DNA of 64,000 nucleotides. Source: Bdellovibrionales bacterium. Lineage in GTDB: Bacteria > Bdellovibrionota > Bdellovibrionia > Bdellovibrionales > UBA1609. Under the pieces are notes generated by a model, which worked only from the letters and a program-made list of their open reading frames with translations, did no database searches and was not told the DNA's origin. Made by a program: the position numbers and the translations under genes. Below are positions 38,908-50,170 of the stretch, one piece after another. The stretch covers positions 1 to 64,000 of the forward strand of contig DAHVQG010000001.1 of assembly GCA_027317865.1 (NCBI GenBank), given 5' to 3'. Numbering within the stretch: the first letter of the stretch is position 1; each line of letters begins with the position of its first letter.

Positions 38908-41763
38908 GTGAAAGTCGCAAACATCGACGCAAAACAATTGCGATCATTTAAAGGCGTTCGCGGGCTCACCCTTGCTGCAACTGCATGGGTCTTGCTGACC
39001 CTTGGTCCAGCCCGGGCGCTTGCGCAAATTATTTCGGGCCACATTTCAACAATTGGCAACACCGTACATCTCGAATTTCACGGCCGGCAAGAGTGGATCT
39101 ACAACTCGCCAAAACGCCACGGTAACGTTGTGACGGTAACTTTGCCGGCATTCAGCAAGGCAACTGTTGCGCAGCTTGATTCTTGGCATAGCCAGCTTGT
39201 CCCCAAAATATCGGTAAATACAAATGGTCCTGACGGCAAATACGTTATTTCATTTTATGTTTCGAAACCGAATGTTGAGGTTTTTGATTATTTAACAGAC
39301 GACCCATCTTCTTTGATATTTGACTTCTTTAAAACCACTCCAAAGAAAAAAGTTGTGTCGTCGAGCTTACATTCGAGGGCGCGCTTTAAAGGCAAGCGGC
39401 TGGCTCGATGGCGTGGCAAGCACAGAATCAACCGGGCCCCGGCAAGCACGGAATTTATTCACGTAAATCCGTATTTAAAAATACCCAACAGACAAGTGTT
39501 TGTTGCCGGGGGTGGTTCTGAAAATCAAGCGGCCGCAGCGGCGGCGAATATCCGTTTTGAGCAAGGTGCGTTCGACGGCGCCGATCCGAAATACAATCGA
39601 TTTCGAATCAAAAATTACCAAATTAAGCAAAATTCAATCATCGCGGCAAAACAAAATATATATATACACTTCCCGATGCTAGCCCTTCGGTTGAATCGAT
39701 TCAACGAACTCATGAAGACTCCGCCGATATACGAGATAAAGCCCGACGACAATCTCAGCATCGCAGAGCAAAATAAGGACGCGAGATTTTTATTGTTTTT
39801 ATTTAAAGAAAAGCATTGGGGAGCGTTTTTTAAGACATACGCGTACTTTGAGAAAAAATATCCCAATTCCAAATACGATCAAATCGTAAAGAACATGGCC
39901 GCCGAAGCGGATGTCCGCCTCTATCAAAGTAGCGGCAACCCCGTTTACCGGCGCGCGTTTCAGTCGCTTTATACTTATCTAGTCGCCAAGTATCCCAAAT
40001 CCGTCCTGGCGCAACGTAATTTATTGCTTTTGGCCTATTCCCATTTGGATGAAAACGACGCCATAGGAGCATTGCGGCTTTTGATGCTTGAGCAAAAAAA
40101 ATATCCCAACTCCCGCGAATCCGACTATGTGAAAATGGGAATTGCCGAGTGCGACTTGCTAATGGCAGAGCCTAAAAAGGCGCTGGCCATGTATAACGAG
40201 GTCGTCAATCATCCCAAAATAAAAACGTCAGCGGTGCAAGCGCTATATCGAATTGGCGATGTCTATTTTCACGAGAGACAGTATGCAAAAGCAATACTGG
40301 CCTATAAAAAAGCGCAAAAAATGTACCCCGCATTCAATATTGTTTATCCGAATGCTCAATATAATGAAAGCGAAGCGGAATTTTGGCTGCATCACTATAA
40401 GAGAAGTTTAAACGGGTTCATTACTTTTATCCGGATTTATCCCAATCAAGCTTATGGCGGTTATGCGCTCACGCGAATCGGCGAGCTTCTAGAAATTTTA
40501 GGTGCAAGCAAAAAGCGGGTAACCGGCGCTTATCTCGAAGCTTATTTTCGATATCCAAACTGCCCGGGCAGTGAAGTGGCGCGAGTGCGAATGCTAAGCG
40601 AAGACCTTAAAAATATGGCACCTCGTGAGCGCAAGTTGGCCTTTAAAGAAATTCGCGAAATTGCAAAAAGATCGAAGCTGCCACATATAGAAGAGTTTCG
40701 AGCCTTGGTTGAAGCGGCCGGCTTAACAAGCGCGGGTCTCTATCGCAATTCTCTTCATCTGCTTCTTAATTATTATCAATCTCATCCCGACACGGCTCGT
40801 TTAAATGTTTTTCGGGGCCGCATATTGCGCGACATTTCTGATGTACTCCAGCAAGACATCCAGCAGCACAAATTTATGAATGCGCTTAAGTTTTACGGTA
40901 AATACGCAGGCACTTGGCTAAAACACAGCGGGCGCATCGACACGGCGTTTTTTCAAGCTGAGGCATTTGAGCAAGCCGGGGTGCCCGCTGAGGCCGAACT
41001 TAAATATAAACAAATATTAGCTAAACGCCTCGCTCTTGTGGGGACTAAAGAAGAAAAAGAACGCGAAGTGTACGAACACTTGCCAAGTGTTGCAGAAATC
41101 GATCTTCGGCTTGCCGCCGTAACGGCAGATCAACGCCATTATCATCAAGCGATTCATTATTTAAAGCAAATTCATTCGCGACTTTCCCCCGCCGAAGAAA
41201 TCGAGCGGGTGCAAATCGGCGCTACAGTAGCCGAGAAAACCGGCGACACAAAAGAAGCGATTGAAAATTTAGAAAAATTAGAAAGCGTTTATGCCAACGA
41301 CAAAAATCAGTCTCGCCGTATGGTCGGGCCGAGTTTGCAACTGGCGCGCCTTTACATAGAAGAAAGAAATTTTGCCGGAGCCGACGCGAGTCTAAAGCGT
41401 ATCGAAGCGTTGAGAACTGCGGATAGAAAAGCCGTTACCAATGACGAATGGGCGCAAGATCTTACTTTGCGCGGGAATTTGCTGCTCGCGGAGGGCCGAA
41501 AACTCGGCGCCGTTGAGGCCTATCAGAAGCTTCTTGCGCGATACGGTTCGTCGCGTCCGTTGGCATCGATCCGGTATAAAGCGGGAAGAATTTTATACGA
41601 AGAAGGCGATCTTCAAGGCGCAAAAAAAATGTGGACAGGTTTTAAAGGTGAAACCGGAGGGTTTTATAAACGGTTAGCTGAAGAAAAAATTCAAGAAGCA
41701 AAATGGAACAATAAATATGGCAGATATATCGACAGTATTCCAAATACGGAGGCGGTAAAGTGA
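38908..41763 (+). CDS. Exported TPR-repeat protein heading the flagellar operon (start approximate)
   Basis: Signal peptide (ARALA), N-terminal beta domain, many TPR/YfiO-like repeats ([20 protein letters not shown]). Confidence 0.85.
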   Translation: MKVANIDAKQLRSFKGVRGLTLAATAWVLLTLGPARALAQIISGHISTIGNTVHLEFHGRQEWIYNSPKRHGNVVTVTLPAFSKATVAQLDSWHSQLVPKISVNTNGPDGKYVISFYVSKPNVEVFDYLTDDPSSLIFDFFKTTPKKKVVSSSLHSRARFKGKRLARWRGKHRINRAPASTEFIHVNPYLKIPNRQVFVAGGGSENQAAAAAANIRFEQGAFDGADPKYNRFRIKNYQIKQNSIIAAKQNIYIHFPMLALRLNRFNELMKTPPIYEIKPDDNLSIAEQNKDARFLLFLFKEKHWGAFFKTYAYFEKKYPNSKYDQIVKNMAAEADVRLYQSSGNPVYRRAFQSLYTYLVAKYPKSVLAQRNLLLLAYSHLDENDAIGALRLLMLEQKKYPNSRESDYVKMGIAECDLLMAEPKKALAMYNEVVNHPKIKTSAVQALYRIGDVYFHERQYAKAILAYKKAQKMYPAFNIVYPNAQYNESEAEFWLHHYKRSLNGFITFIRIYPNQAYGGYALTRIGELLEILGASKKRVTGAYLEAYFRYPNCPGSEVARVRMLSEDLKNMAPRERKLAFKEIREIAKRSKLPHIEEFRALVEAAGLTSAGLYRNSLHLLLNYYQSHPDTARLNVFRGRILRDISDVLQQDIQQHKFMNALKFYGKYAGTWLKHSGRIDTAFFQAEAFEQAGVPAEAELKYKQILAKRLALVGTKEEKEREVYEHLPSVAEIDLRLAAVTADQRHYHQAIHYLKQIHSRLSPAEEIERVQIGATVAEKTGDTKEAIENLEKLESVYANDKNQSRRMVGPSLQLARLYIEERNFAGADASLKRIEALRTADRKAVTNDEWAQDLTLRGNLLLAEGRKLGAVEAYQKLLARYGSSRPLASIRYKAGRILYEEGDLQGAKKMWTGFKGETGGFYKRLAEEKIQEAKWNNKYGRYIDSIPNTEAVK

Positions 41764-41776
41764 GAGGGCTTTTAAA

Positions 41777-42766
41777 ATGAGTTCCAAGATCATTCGCACG
41801 TCCGACCCCCAAATGAAGCGCATTCTCGAAATTGCAGAGAATGTAGCGCCGAGCCGTGCCAGTGTTCTTATTCAAGGCGAAAGCGGAACCGGAAAAGAAC
41901 TCTTGGCGCGTTACATTCACACAAAAAGTAACCGGGCATCAAAACCGTTTACCGCCGTAAACTGCGCCGCTTTACCCGAAGGTCTTCTTGAGAGTGAATT
42001 GTTCGGTTATGAAAAGGGCGCCTTCACCGGTGCTGAACAAAGAAAAGTCGGCAAGCTTGAGATCGCGCACCAGGGCACATTTTTACTCGATGAAATTTCG
42101 GAGTTGCCGTTACCGTTACAGTCGAAAATGTTGCGATTTCTGCAAGAGGGCGAAATTGAACGGGTCGGCGGTTTAAAACCAATACCGGTCGATATCCGAA
42201 TTATTGCGGCTTCGAACAAAAACTTGCAGGAGCTTGTTCGCGCGCAAAAATTTCGCGAGGACTTATACTACCGGCTTAATGTCATCCCGGTTGAAATCCC
42301 ACCTCTTCGGCACCGGCCACTCGATCTTGATCTACTGAGCGAATTTTTTGTCGAAATGTCGTGCTCCGCGAATGGGCTTGCGGCAAAAAAGCTGGACCAA
42401 GAGGCGCGAAAGAAAATTCACCAATGGAGATGGCCGGGGAATGTTCGTGAACTTCAAAATGTCATCGAACGCAGCGTACTGTTAACTCCAAGTGACACCA
42501 TTTTCGCCGACGACGTAAAGATCGAAGGCTTTATACAGTCACAAAAAAACCTGACCCTTCACCCGGGTATGACAGTTGAAGAGGCGGAGCGGCTGTTGAT
42601 TCTCAAAACGCTTGAGTACACGGCCCAAAATCGAACCCATGCCGCGCAAATGCTTGGCATCAGTATTCGAACTCTGCGCAATAAAATTAACGAATACAAA
42701 ATGGATTTGAATGACGGGCTCGCGGCCGAATTAGTGAACGATTCAACGCAGGGGGGGGCTTTATGA
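41777..42766 (+). CDS. Sigma54 enhancer-binding activator without N-terminal sensory domain (flagellar regulator candidate)
   Basis: Starts directly at the AAA+ domain: [38 protein letters not shown]. Confidence 0.9.
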   Translation: MSSKIIRTSDPQMKRILEIAENVAPSRASVLIQGESGTGKELLARYIHTKSNRASKPFTAVNCAALPEGLLESELFGYEKGAFTGAEQRKVGKLEIAHQGTFLLDEISELPLPLQSKMLRFLQEGEIERVGGLKPIPVDIRIIAASNKNLQELVRAQKFREDLYYRLNVIPVEIPPLRHRPLDLDLLSEFFVEMSCSANGLAAKKLDQEARKKIHQWRWPGNVRELQNVIERSVLLTPSDTIFADDVKIEGFIQSQKNLTLHPGMTVEEAERLLILKTLEYTAQNRTHAAQMLGISIRTLRNKINEYKMDLNDGLAAELVNDSTQGGAL

Positions 42767-43185
42767 GTTATGGTATGTTTGGCAAGACCACCTACGCCCT
42801 CGGAGCTGCGATCAACTTTCGGCAACTTCAGCAAGACGTGATCTCGGCCAATATCGCGAATGCCGAAACACCGGGCTATAAAGAAAAAAAGGTGGACTTT
42901 GAAGGGGCGCTCCGGCGCGCGGTTGATATCGACGGGCTTTACCGTATGTCGACAGATAATCCCGACCAATATCCTGTTGGCGGCGGCGGACTACAAAATG
43001 TTCGTGCCGACGTTTACGACGATCCGGACGTAACAGTTTCAAATGACGGCAATACGGTCGATCTTGAAAAGCAAATGTCAAAGCTTTCTGAAAACACCAT
43101 TTTATATAAAGCGGCAGTTGAACTCATCAATAAAAAACTAGCGACTCTTGCCTACGCGGTTACTGAAGGGGGAGGTAGCAAATAA
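42763..43185 (+). CDS. flgB: Flagellar basal-body rod protein FlgB
   Basis: [23 protein letters not shown]. Confidence 0.95.
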   Translation: MSYGMFGKTTYALGAAINFRQLQQDVISANIANAETPGYKEKKVDFEGALRRAVDIDGLYRMSTDNPDQYPVGGGGLQNVRADVYDDPDVTVSNDGNTVDLEKQMSKLSENTILYKAAVELINKKLATLAYAVTEGGGSK

Positions 43186-43622
43186 TGAATTTCGCAACAG
43201 GACTAAATATATCGAGTAGCGGACTCACCGCCGAGCGAATGCGGATGAACGCGATTGCTTCGAATATTGCCAATATCAACACGACGGTGACTCCACAGGG
43301 AGGGCCGTACCGGCGTAAAGAAGTTGTGTTTGAGGCGATGCCGCAGACAAAAAACTTCGGTGAGATTCTGACGAGTAACTCCGCGCAGTCACTTGATCGC
43401 GTGCAAGTCACGCGTGTTATCAATGACCCAAGTGCCCCGATTATGAAATACGAACCGGACAACCCGAACGCCAACGCGCAAGGATATGTGGCATATCCAA
43501 ACATTAATTTGATGGAAGAGATGACCGACATGATTCAGGCCTCAAGATCGTATCAGGCTAACGTGTCGGCGATGCAAGCAACGAAGTCGATGGCCATGAC
43601 GGCCCTCGAGATTGGGAGATAA
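43185..43622 (+). CDS. flgC: Flagellar basal-body rod protein FlgC
   Basis: SGLTAERMRMNAIASNIAN, GGPYRRK, GYVAYPNIN, SRSYQAN. Confidence 0.97.
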   Translation: MNFATGLNISSSGLTAERMRMNAIASNIANINTTVTPQGGPYRRKEVVFEAMPQTKNFGEILTSNSAQSLDRVQVTRVINDPSAPIMKYEPDNPNANAQGYVAYPNINLMEEMTDMIQASRSYQANVSAMQATKSMAMTALEIGR

Positions 43623-43624
43623 CC

Positions 43625-43960
43625 ATGGACGGTTTAACAGTTTCAAACCTTAGAACGATTCTTAAAACCGGCGAAACAACGAGCCAAATTCGCAATGACA
43701 AGATCAATGCTGAAGCAGTTGGTAATCTGAACGAATACGTGAAGAGCTTTTCACAAACACTCAAAGACGCCGTTAACAACGTCAATGATTTGCAAGTTAA
43801 ATCGAACGTTGCGATGGAGAAGCTCGCGACGGGACAAACTAAGAATATTTCTGAAGTGATGATTGCATCAGAAAAGGCGAGTATCGCGTTCAAACTTTTA
43901 ATGCAGGTAAGAAATAAAGTCATCGCGGCCTATCAAGACGTGATGAGAATGCAAGTTTAA
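43625..43960 (+). CDS. fliE: Flagellar hook-basal body protein FliE
   Basis: VMIASEKA..QVRNKVIAAYQDVMRMQV. Confidence 0.96.
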   Translation: MDGLTVSNLRTILKTGETTSQIRNDKINAEAVGNLNEYVKSFSQTLKDAVNNVNDLQVKSNVAMEKLATGQTKNISEVMIASEKASIAFKLLMQVRNKVIAAYQDVMRMQV

Positions 43961-43981
43961 GATTTTTTTGGGGGGTGAGGC

Positions 43982-45637
43982 TTGCCTAAAGTAATTTCGA
44001 CATTGGCGGCGCAGTTTAAGTCGTTCTTTAACTCGTTACCGCCGGTCAAACGCAACGTGATGATTGTCTCGTTACTCATCACATTGGCGGGTATATTAAT
44101 AGTGGCGTCAATGGCATCAAAGACAAGCTATTCGCCGCTATTTACAAATATTTCTCCGAATCAAATGCCTTCGATCCTTGAGCGTCTGCGAAAGAAAAAT
44201 ATACCTTTTAAAGTCGGAGACGGCGGGCGCGAGGTACTTGTTCCGGGTGATCTTTTGCCAGCAACACAAATGGCCATTATGTCGGAGATGGGCAATAGCA
44301 GCGTGGGGACGCTCGGGCTTGGATTATTCGACAAAGAAGGTTTTGGAGTTAGTTCGTATGTCCAGCGAATCAATTATCAGCGCGCGCTCCAGGGGGAACT
44401 TATTCGCGCCATCGATTCGCTTTCGGCTGTCAGACAGTCAAAAGTTCTTCTTACGCTCCCAAAGCATCATACATTTTTAGATGAAGATAATACGCAACCG
44501 ACGGCTTCGGTTGTTGTACAACTTTATCCGGGTAAATATCTGACCCCACCTGAGGTCAACGGCATCACTCATCTTGTCGCGAGCGCCGTTCAAGGTCTCG
44601 ATCCTTCAAAAGTCACCGTTGTTGACGATCACGGGAGAATATTGTCGAAAAATTACAGTGGTGAAGCTGGCGTCACCTCTGAAGTCATGGACATCGAACA
44701 ACAAGATGAACAACGGTTAGAGGACAAAATTGAGTCCATGTTGACGCCTGTAGTGGGGCAAGGAAAGGTCGTCGCCCAGGTCAACGTCACGCTTGATCCG
44801 CAATCGATGAGTTCTGTTTCGGATATGGTTAATCCTGATCAAACAGCTGTCCGTTCTGAAGTCGACCAATCACAAACGCTAGCGGGGCAGAGATTGAATC
44901 CGACAGGGGTGCCAGGTGCGCAGTCGAACTTGCCTGGGGCACAACCTGCGCCGACTACCGGATTTCAGCAAAACGTTAAGAAAGAACTTAAAACAATAAA
45001 TTACGATGTGCCGCACACAGTGACGAAAGTTAATCAGTCGGCCGGTAGTACAATTAAGCGAATTTCGGTTGCCGTACTTGTCGACGGTACAACCGTTGCG
45101 CAAACTGGAAAAAACGGCGCCGTTGTCGAAAAGTGGGTTCCGCGTACACCACAAGAGTTGTCGCAGTACCAGGCTATCGTAGAAAATGCGATCGGCTACA
45201 GCGCAAAACGAGGCGACTCGGTTACAATTCAAAATATTCAATTTACAAAAGAAGACTTTACGCAGTCGCAAGAACTGCTCACGTCGCTCGACCGGCAAAA
45301 AATTCTGCGGGCATTATTTAAATGGTCCATTCTTGGTTCATCCTTTCTTCTCTTCTTCTTCGTTATCGTAAAACCGTTCATGCGCTGGATTACCGACTCG
45401 TTCCAAGACACGGTTGAAGATATGTTGCCCCGAACAATAGAAGAACTCGAGGAGTTGCAAACCGCCGACAACACCTTGCCGGGCATGTCCGGAGCGTTGC
45501 CGGTGCTTGAAGAATCAATCGATCCCAATAAGGCCGAAAGCGAACTGTTAAAAGAACGAATCATGGGGATTATGGAGAATGACATAGAAAAATCAGCGGC
45601 CGCATTTAATTTGTGGGTTTCAAAACGGGAGAGCTAA
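43982..45637 (+). CDS. fliF: Flagellar MS-ring protein FliF
   Basis: Two TM segments, YQRALQGELIRAI, PTASV, LVASAV, GVPGAQSN, RGDSVTI. Confidence 0.95.
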   Translation: MPKVISTLAAQFKSFFNSLPPVKRNVMIVSLLITLAGILIVASMASKTSYSPLFTNISPNQMPSILERLRKKNIPFKVGDGGREVLVPGDLLPATQMAIMSEMGNSSVGTLGLGLFDKEGFGVSSYVQRINYQRALQGELIRAIDSLSAVRQSKVLLTLPKHHTFLDEDNTQPTASVVVQLYPGKYLTPPEVNGITHLVASAVQGLDPSKVTVVDDHGRILSKNYSGEAGVTSEVMDIEQQDEQRLEDKIESMLTPVVGQGKVVAQVNVTLDPQSMSSVSDMVNPDQTAVRSEVDQSQTLAGQRLNPTGVPGAQSNLPGAQPAPTTGFQQNVKKELKTINYDVPHTVTKVNQSAGSTIKRISVAVLVDGTTVAQTGKNGAVVEKWVPRTPQELSQYQAIVENAIGYSAKRGDSVTIQNIQFTKEDFTQSQELLTSLDRQKILRALFKWSILGSSFLLFFFVIVKPFMRWITDSFQDTVEDMLPRTIEELEELQTADNTLPGMSGALPVLEESIDPNKAESELLKERIMGIMENDIEKSAAAFNLWVSKRES

Positions 45638-46675
45638 ATGCCACTAGTAAGAAAAGCTGAAAATGTAACGTGGGATAAATTGCGCGGGTTTGAAAAAGCC
45701 GCCATCTTGTTAAATTATCTCGGTCCCGGCGCAGCCAAGCTTCTTTTTAAACACGTCGACGACGGCGATATTCGAAAATTGCTGGGAACGATGCAAAAGT
45801 TTCGAATTGTACCCGTTGAAATCACTAAAAAGGTTCTCGAAGAATATTATGAGATGATCAGCGAATCGCAAGATTACATATTTTCTGAAAAACCTTTGCA
45901 GAAAGATACGGTTATCGATGCGGTCGGCGAAGAACGCGCGCGCGGTATTCTCGGTCACATGAATTCAAGCGGCCCCGTGCAGCGCACGCTCGAAAGCCTT
46001 GAAATCGTCGATTCGAAATCGCTGTCGAATTTTCTGATCAATGAACATCCGCAAACCATTGCGGTGATTTTGGCCCATCTTGAACCCGAGAAAAAAGGCG
46101 AAGTTTTGAAGCGGCTCCCCGAGACACTTCAAGCCGAAGTTGTTTTGCGGCTATCAAATCTGGACCATGTCGCACCCGAACTCATTGCCGAAGTGGACCG
46201 GGTTTTGAAAAACGAACTGGCGGCGTTGGGCACGGTTGAACAAGCCTCGCTTGGCGGTGTTCAGCCGGTGGCCGAAATGCTCAACGTGATGGATAAAAAC
46301 ACTGAAACTTCGATTATGTCGCGAATTGAAGAAAAAGACCCGATACTCGCCGAAGAGATTCGAAAACTGATGTTCGTATTTGAGGATATTGTTAAAATTG
46401 ACGATCGCGGCATTCAAACTCTGCTTAAAGAAATTCCGAATGATAAATTGCTTCTCGCGCTTAAAACGGCGCCGGCTGAAATTAAAGAAAAAATATTTAA
46501 AAATATCTCGCAACGCGCGGCAAATTTGTTAAAAGACGATCTTTCGAACATGGGGCCGGCTCGGCTTTCTGACGTCGAAGCGGCGCAAGTTGAAATTGTC
46601 AACGTCGCGCGACGGTTAGAAGGCGAAGGTAAGATTTTGATCGCGCGTGGCAGCAGCGAAGATTCGCTCGTGTAA
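45638..46675 (+). CDS. fliG: Flagellar motor switch protein FliG
   Basis: KAAILL, EHPQTIAVILAHL, GGVQPVAEMLN, MFVFED. Confidence 0.97.
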   Translation: MPLVRKAENVTWDKLRGFEKAAILLNYLGPGAAKLLFKHVDDGDIRKLLGTMQKFRIVPVEITKKVLEEYYEMISESQDYIFSEKPLQKDTVIDAVGEERARGILGHMNSSGPVQRTLESLEIVDSKSLSNFLINEHPQTIAVILAHLEPEKKGEVLKRLPETLQAEVVLRLSNLDHVAPELIAEVDRVLKNELAALGTVEQASLGGVQPVAEMLNVMDKNTETSIMSRIEEKDPILAEEIRKLMFVFEDIVKIDDRGIQTLLKEIPNDKLLLALKTAPAEIKEKIFKNISQRAANLLKDDLSNMGPARLSDVEAAQVEIVNVARRLEGEGKILIARGSSEDSLV

Positions 46676-46703
46676 TGAAAAAGACATTTAGGAGTTACGT
46701 GAC

Positions 46704-47480
46704 ATGAGTGTCGTGCTCAAAAAAGACGAAGCGGAACGGGTTGCTTTTAACTACAAACCAAAAGCATTGAAGTTCGAAGCCGGCGAGATAGTAAAAGATT
46801 TCGTGAATATTTCTGTCGGTAGCGATTCGGAATTTGTCATTGCCGACTTGGTAGCGAAGCAATCCGGCGTTTCGGCTTTGCGCAAGCAACAATTGGATGC
46901 GCAGGTCGAAGAAACGGTTCTGGCCCGGCTAAAAGATATCGAGGAGTCGGCGTATAAACAGGCTCACGACCTAGGGCTGATCGAAGGAGCTGAGCGTGCG
47001 TACAAAGAGCAAAGTGAGTCGTTAAAGGCGAGCCAAGAAAAATTAGATGAAGCGGGTCGAAATCTCGATTCGCTCATCGCGAATTTGTGCAAGCAGTATG
47101 AAGCGGAGATCATGCAAATGATTTTTCGAGTGGCCGAGCGAATCGCAATGCATGAAATTACGATGAACAAAGAAGTTGTTCTCGATGTTCTCCATAAGAT
47201 TGTGGATGAGCTGCAAGCAGCTCAGCATATTAAAGTACTTATGAACGCAGAAGATTTGAAATTTGTCGAAGAGCTGCGGGCTAAAGGGTCAAAAGAGGCT
47301 GAAAAGCTGGCGCGCGTAAAAATCGAATCGGGTGAAAATATAAAACGTGGCGGATGCCTTGTCGAAACCGAATTCGGCAGTGTGGAAGCCACTGTAGAAC
47401 AACGAGTGGAGAAGGCGTGGAAGGCAATTGAGTCGAAACTTCCGGTTGTGCAATCGTCGCCATCCAGCGGGTCGGATTAA
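46704..47480 (+). CDS. fliH: Flagellar assembly protein FliH
   Basis: AxxxGxxxG repeat, GGCLVETEFGSVEA; position between fliG and fliI. Confidence 0.9.
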   Translation: MSVVLKKDEAERVAFNYKPKALKFEAGEIVKDFVNISVGSDSEFVIADLVAKQSGVSALRKQQLDAQVEETVLARLKDIEESAYKQAHDLGLIEGAERAYKEQSESLKASQEKLDEAGRNLDSLIANLCKQYEAEIMQMIFRVAERIAMHEITMNKEVVLDVLHKIVDELQAAQHIKVLMNAEDLKFVEELRAKGSKEAEKLARVKIESGENIKRGGCLVETEFGSVEATVEQRVEKAWKAIESKLPVVQSSPSSGSD

Positions 47481-48802
47481 TGTACAATTTTAATTTCGAA
47501 AAGTATGAAAACGCTCTGGACGAAGCGATCTTAACCAAAGACATCGGAAAGGTGATGGAGGTTAAAGGTCTTCTCATTAAGGCTTATGTACCGGCTTGCA
47601 GTCTTGGCAGCGTTTGCGAAATTCACGCGCTTAATAGCCAACATCGTTTCTTAGCCGAGGTTGTCGGTTTTGAAGGTCAGAAAGTTTTGATGATGGCGCT
47701 TGGAGACAAGCAGGGTGTAGGGCTTGGCTCTAAAGTTGTACTGCAAAAGTCCCGAGCGACGGCGTTGGCTGGTGAATCGCTACTTGGGCGTGTGCTCAAC
47801 GGGCTTGGCGAGCCGATTGACGGCGGGCCCACAATCCTTTTGGTGGATGAAGTGCCTCTTTACTCTGATGCCGAAACGCCTATGAAGCGCGAATTGATTC
47901 GCCATCCTTTAAGTGTCGGTATTCGCGCAATTGACGGTCTTATTACGATCGGCCAAGGGCAAAGGATGGCCTTCATGGCCGGTTCGGGCGTTGGCAAATC
48001 GGTTTTACTCGGTCAAATGGCTAAATTCACAAACGCCGACATCAACGTCATCGCGCTCATTGGCGAGCGCGGTCGTGAAGTGAAAGAGTTTATAGAAGGC
48101 AGTCTTGGGGAAGAAGGGCTTAAACGTTCTATTGTTGTAGCGGTAACGTCCGATCAAAGTCCGCTTATTCGAACACGCGGCGCATATCTTGCGACCGCAT
48201 TCGCCGAATATTTTGCTCATCGAGGTAAACATGTTCTTTTGATGATGGATTCGATTACGCGGTTTGCGATGGCGCAAAGAGAAATTGGCCTGAGCAGCGG
48301 TGAACCTCCGGCATCGAAAGGATATACGCCAAGTGTATTTTCAGCACTCCCAAAGCTTCTTGAGCGCGCCGGCAATTTCACAAACGGCGGAAGTATTACG
48401 GGTCTTTATTCTGTTCTCGTCGAAGGTGATGACATGGATGAGCCTATCGCGGACGCCGTTCGTTCCATTGTCGACGGGCACGTTGTGTTGGATCGGCGAA
48501 TTGCCCAGCGCGCACACTTCCCGGCAATTGATGTGTTACAAAGCACTAGCCGGGTTATGCGAAGCGTGGTCAGTGACGACCACACCCATCTAGGTCAAAT
48601 TATGCGCGAAAACATGGCGGTTTATCGCGAAGCCGAAGATTTGATCAACATCGGGGCATACAAGCCCGGTGCCAATCCTAAAATTGATCGCGCCATTCAA
48701 CTCATTGACGGGATCAATCAATTTTTGCGCCAGGGCATAGACGAACCTTCAACGTTTCAAGAAACCGAGCAACGAATGCTTGAAATCGCGGGAGAGGCAT
48801 AA
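47480..48802 (+). CDS. fliI: Flagellar export ATPase FliI
   Basis: AGSGVGKS, LIGERGREV, DSITRFAMAQRE, GEPP, DGHVVL. Confidence 0.97.
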   Translation: MYNFNFEKYENALDEAILTKDIGKVMEVKGLLIKAYVPACSLGSVCEIHALNSQHRFLAEVVGFEGQKVLMMALGDKQGVGLGSKVVLQKSRATALAGESLLGRVLNGLGEPIDGGPTILLVDEVPLYSDAETPMKRELIRHPLSVGIRAIDGLITIGQGQRMAFMAGSGVGKSVLLGQMAKFTNADINVIALIGERGREVKEFIEGSLGEEGLKRSIVVAVTSDQSPLIRTRGAYLATAFAEYFAHRGKHVLLMMDSITRFAMAQREIGLSSGEPPASKGYTPSVFSALPKLLERAGNFTNGGSITGLYSVLVEGDDMDEPIADAVRSIVDGHVVLDRRIAQRAHFPAIDVLQSTSRVMRSVVSDDHTHLGQIMRENMAVYREAEDLINIGAYKPGANPKIDRAIQLIDGINQFLRQGIDEPSTFQETEQRMLEIAGEA

Positions 48803-48804
48803 TT

Positions 48805-49272
48805 ATGCGTTTTCGGTTTCGCCTCGAGACAGTCATGCGGCAACGGCGGGTCGAGAAAGACATCGCTCAGCGCGAATTCAGCGAAGCTCAAGATCATGTT
48901 CAAAAGCAACTGCAGAAAATAAAAAAAATGTACAAACAAATCGATGATGCAAGAGTGACGGCACAATTACTTGAAAAAAAAGGCGGACGCCATGCGAGTC
49001 AGCTTGTGCAAACTGAGGAATTTATTGTCGGGCAAAATATACTCATCCAAAAGGAGCGCGAAAGGGCCCGCGAGCTCATGGCTATTGCCGATGAAAAGCT
49101 TGAAATACTAACCGAAAAATTACGAGCATTTAAAATTCTTGAAAAACTCAAAGAGAAAAAACGCGAAGAGTTTCGCAAAGAGCACAATCGTCGCATTGAT
49201 AAACAACTTGATGATCTCATGGTCATGCGGGCATCAATAAACCAGTCTTCTGACAAGACGGGGAGCGCGTAA
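48805..49272 (+). CDS. fliJ: Flagellar export protein FliJ
   Basis: FRFRLETVM coiled coil, LEKLKEK..KQLDD; position after fliI. Confidence 0.9.
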   Translation: MRFRFRLETVMRQRRVEKDIAQREFSEAQDHVQKQLQKIKKMYKQIDDARVTAQLLEKKGGRHASQLVQTEEFIVGQNILIQKERERARELMAIADEKLEILTEKLRAFKILEKLKEKKREEFRKEHNRRIDKQLDDLMVMRASINQSSDKTGSA

Positions 49273-49273
49273 G

Positions 49274-50170
49274 ATGGCAACTAACTATGATCAGCACTTT
49301 AAAAAAGTAAAGCAGGCTAAAAAGGCCAAACAAACTATTGGCGAAGGGCGCAACACAAAAGCCGAAGCAAGCTCAGATCAATTGCGCCGTCTACTGAATG
49401 TCAAAACGGTCTCGCGATCGACCAATGGATGGTCCTTTATTATAATCGGTTTAGCCGCCATCGGGTTGGGCGTTGGCTGCGTCGGATACGTCTACCCATC
49501 AGCTGTTGAACAATTTTTGTCACGTATTCAAATAGGTGTTTTTTCAAGCGCATCCGCTGCGCCGGCAAATCCTACATCATCATCGGGGAACACCTCAGCT
49601 GCCACGGGTACTGGCACTTCGTCAACTTCAGTAAATTCGGGCCCGCCCGTTACAAACGCAAGCGCTTCGACGTCGGCAAATTCTACCGGGGGCGGGCAAG
49701 GCCCATCAGCAAATTCTGCCGCGTCTGGCGTTTCGACGAGTGATTCGGCGTGCCCGACTTCTTCAGGGTACACCGAAGAAGAACTCAATGGTTTCAGCAA
49801 ATTAAATCAACGCGAGCATCAACTGGACCTGCGCGCGGCTGAACTCGACGCACTGGAAAAGGAATTGCATAAGCAACAAGTAGAAATAGAAGGGCGCATT
49901 GCGAAGTTACAAAAAATTCGGCAAGACATCGCAAGCGCTTTGAAAGGTCGAGTGCAGGCGGAGCAAAAACGGGTGGATACTTTGGTGAATGTTTATTCAA
50001 ATATGAGTCCTCACAAAGCGGCCGCCATACTGGCTGGCCTGAAGCCTCAGCTTGCTATTGAGATTCTAGCAAAGATGAAAAAGAAAAATGCGGCAGCTAT
50101 TATGAATCGGCTCCCAGCGAGTACAGCGCAAAACCTATCTGAACGATTTACGGGATATACGAGTAATTAA
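49274..50170 (+). CDS. MotE/FlbB (MgtE-N-like) flagellar protein
   Basis: TM, S/T/A linker, coiled coil, LVNVYSNMSPHKAAAIL..ILAKM..AAAIM; position after fliJ. Confidence 0.8.
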   Translation: MATNYDQHFKKVKQAKKAKQTIGEGRNTKAEASSDQLRRLLNVKTVSRSTNGWSFIIIGLAAIGLGVGCVGYVYPSAVEQFLSRIQIGVFSSASAAPANPTSSSGNTSAATGTGTSSTSVNSGPPVTNASASTSANSTGGGQGPSANSAASGVSTSDSACPTSSGYTEEELNGFSKLNQREHQLDLRAAELDALEKELHKQQVEIEGRIAKLQKIRQDIASALKGRVQAEQKRVDTLVNVYSNMSPHKAAAILAGLKPQLAIEILAKMKKKNAAAIMNRLPASTAQNLSERFTGYTSN

